Position numbers and translations under genes: made by a program. A stretch of 64,000 nt of DNA from Octopus sinensis (taxonomy: Eukaryota), in NCBI RefSeq assembly GCF_006345805.1, contig NC_042999.1:162378001-162442000 (forward strand), in the 5' to 3' direction. Under the pieces are notes generated by a model, which saw nothing but the letters and a program-made list of their open reading frames with translations, had not been told where the DNA came from and did no database searches. Below, in pieces: positions 62,776 through 64,000 of this stretch. Within the stretch, counting starts at the first letter, position 1. Each line of letters opens with the position of its first letter.

Positions 62776-63958
62776 ATGGACGCCTATCACATCGATTATT
62801 CTATGAAAGACATACCTATATGATCAAGGGAACTTATACTCTAAGAAACTTTTGGAGAAAATTACAGACCTTATTAAGAGCATGAGATGGAAAGCTTTCT
62901 TTTATAACATGGAAGAGGACGCTACAGAGAATATATTCTATGGTATTAAATCTAAGAAATTCCTTTCCAAAAACCAAAGGCTTGGAAGACTTCGAAGCAG
63001 GCCTACTGAAGCTCAGAACAAAATAAAATTCCGTAAGTCTTTTAACACTTTCCAACAGAAACTGAAAACAGATATCAATTACATAAAGTGTTCCAAAAAA
63101 AAAAAAAAAAGCACTTTTTTCCAATAAAACCAAGAACTTATACTAGTAGAAAACAGCACATATTCACGATTTCTGCACAACAGCATGATCAATAATTACA
63201 CCAAGGCTAGGCCACAAACCTATAACAAAATTAATAAAGAAGCTAGCATTATCGCCACCAGACTTCAATTAGATAAAAAAAAATAGAGGTCCTCCCCAAA
63301 AAAGAGGCCTTTATAACTATCAAAGACTATAAAAACAACTTCCTATCTAATCCTAAATGTAGGCGTATTAACCCATTAAATCAGAACTTGGTATTATTAG
63401 TAAAGAAATTCTAGGAAAAATCAATGCGAAAGTCAGGAATGCCACTAGGTTAGTACAATGATCCAATAGTATAGAAGTCGTTGACTGGTTTAAAGCCATT
63501 AAGAATAAGAATAAAGCATGATTCATGCAATTCGATATTGTCAATTTTTATGCTTCTATCTCTAAGGAACTGCTAGACAAAGCCCTCACCTTCGCAAGCA
63601 AATTCATAGAAATCAGTACACAGGATAAGGACATAATTTTCCATGCTAGAAAGACTTTACTCTTCAGCAAGAACGCAGAGTTGGTCAAGACTACCGACAC
63701 AGAGGGTGCTTTCGATGTGAGCATGGGGTCATATGATGGAGCAGACATATGCAATCTTATTGGACTATTCCTACTCGATACGTTGAGCAAGACTTTTCCT
63801 GACTTATACTTCGCCGTTTACAAAGATGGTGCCCTAGCTTTAACTGCAAATACCAACGGACCAGCACAGGATCAGTTTAGGAAGGACATTATCCATTTGA
63901 TGAAAACTTTCGGTCTTAGCATAACTACAGACACCAACCTGACGGTTGTTAATTTGCT
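62776..63958 (+). pseudogene. Penelope-like reverse transcriptase, N-terminal and core part, disrupted
   Basis: YSMKDIP, IKSMRWKAFF, FITIKDYK.NF..NPKCR.INP, QFDIVNFYASIS, FDVSMGSYDGADICNLIG, YKDG; stops and frameshifts. Confidence 0.92.
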
Positions 63959-64000
63959 GAAGCCCAATGATAGACTTAGTTATATTAATATGGGTTCCTG

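Noticed and set aside
63459-63521. In-frame TGA codons in the PLE RT as selenocysteine recoding (reported for some Naiad elements)
   Set aside because: They are simply explained as TGG>TGA and probably CGA>TGA; the copy also has frameshifts and other stops, and no SECIS was identified

Overview
AT-rich, repeat-saturated eukaryotic DNA with no complete intact protein-coding gene; by my recollection of the repeat families it is probably coleoid cephalopod (Octopus-like). No CRISPR array, rRNA or genuine tRNA gene was seen. The window contains: (1) four tRNA-headed SINE families, labelled here A, C, D and E; (2) a near-full-length degenerate RTE LINE (about 29890-33749) and about a dozen 5'-truncated RTE copies; (3) CR1 and R4/Dong-like LINE fragments; (4) three mariner remnants, a maT/DD37D remnant, and a complete decayed hAT element with TIRs and TSD; (5) six non-autonomous Helitron-like copies; (6) three Penelope-like element (PLE) coding remnants with many pseudo-LTR-like pieces, inverted repeats and long (TA)n/(CA)n tracts. 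The most striking signal, read by eye, is a dense set of type I hammerhead ribozyme (HHR) motifs with palindromic stem III. Three sequence-perfect copies lie in an ORF-less 530-bp tandem and inverted repeat (49581-51115, retrozyme-like). One sits inside a tRNA-headed SINE (2761-2806). Near-intact copies occur at 16540, 19190, 46250, 58161 and 62422. Two loci carry all hammerhead parts in a scrambled order. A few candidate host exons are listed at low confidence. Indel noise between near-identical duplicates suggests long-read assembly errors, so some duplications and palindromes may be artefacts. Coordinates of degenerate elements are approximate.
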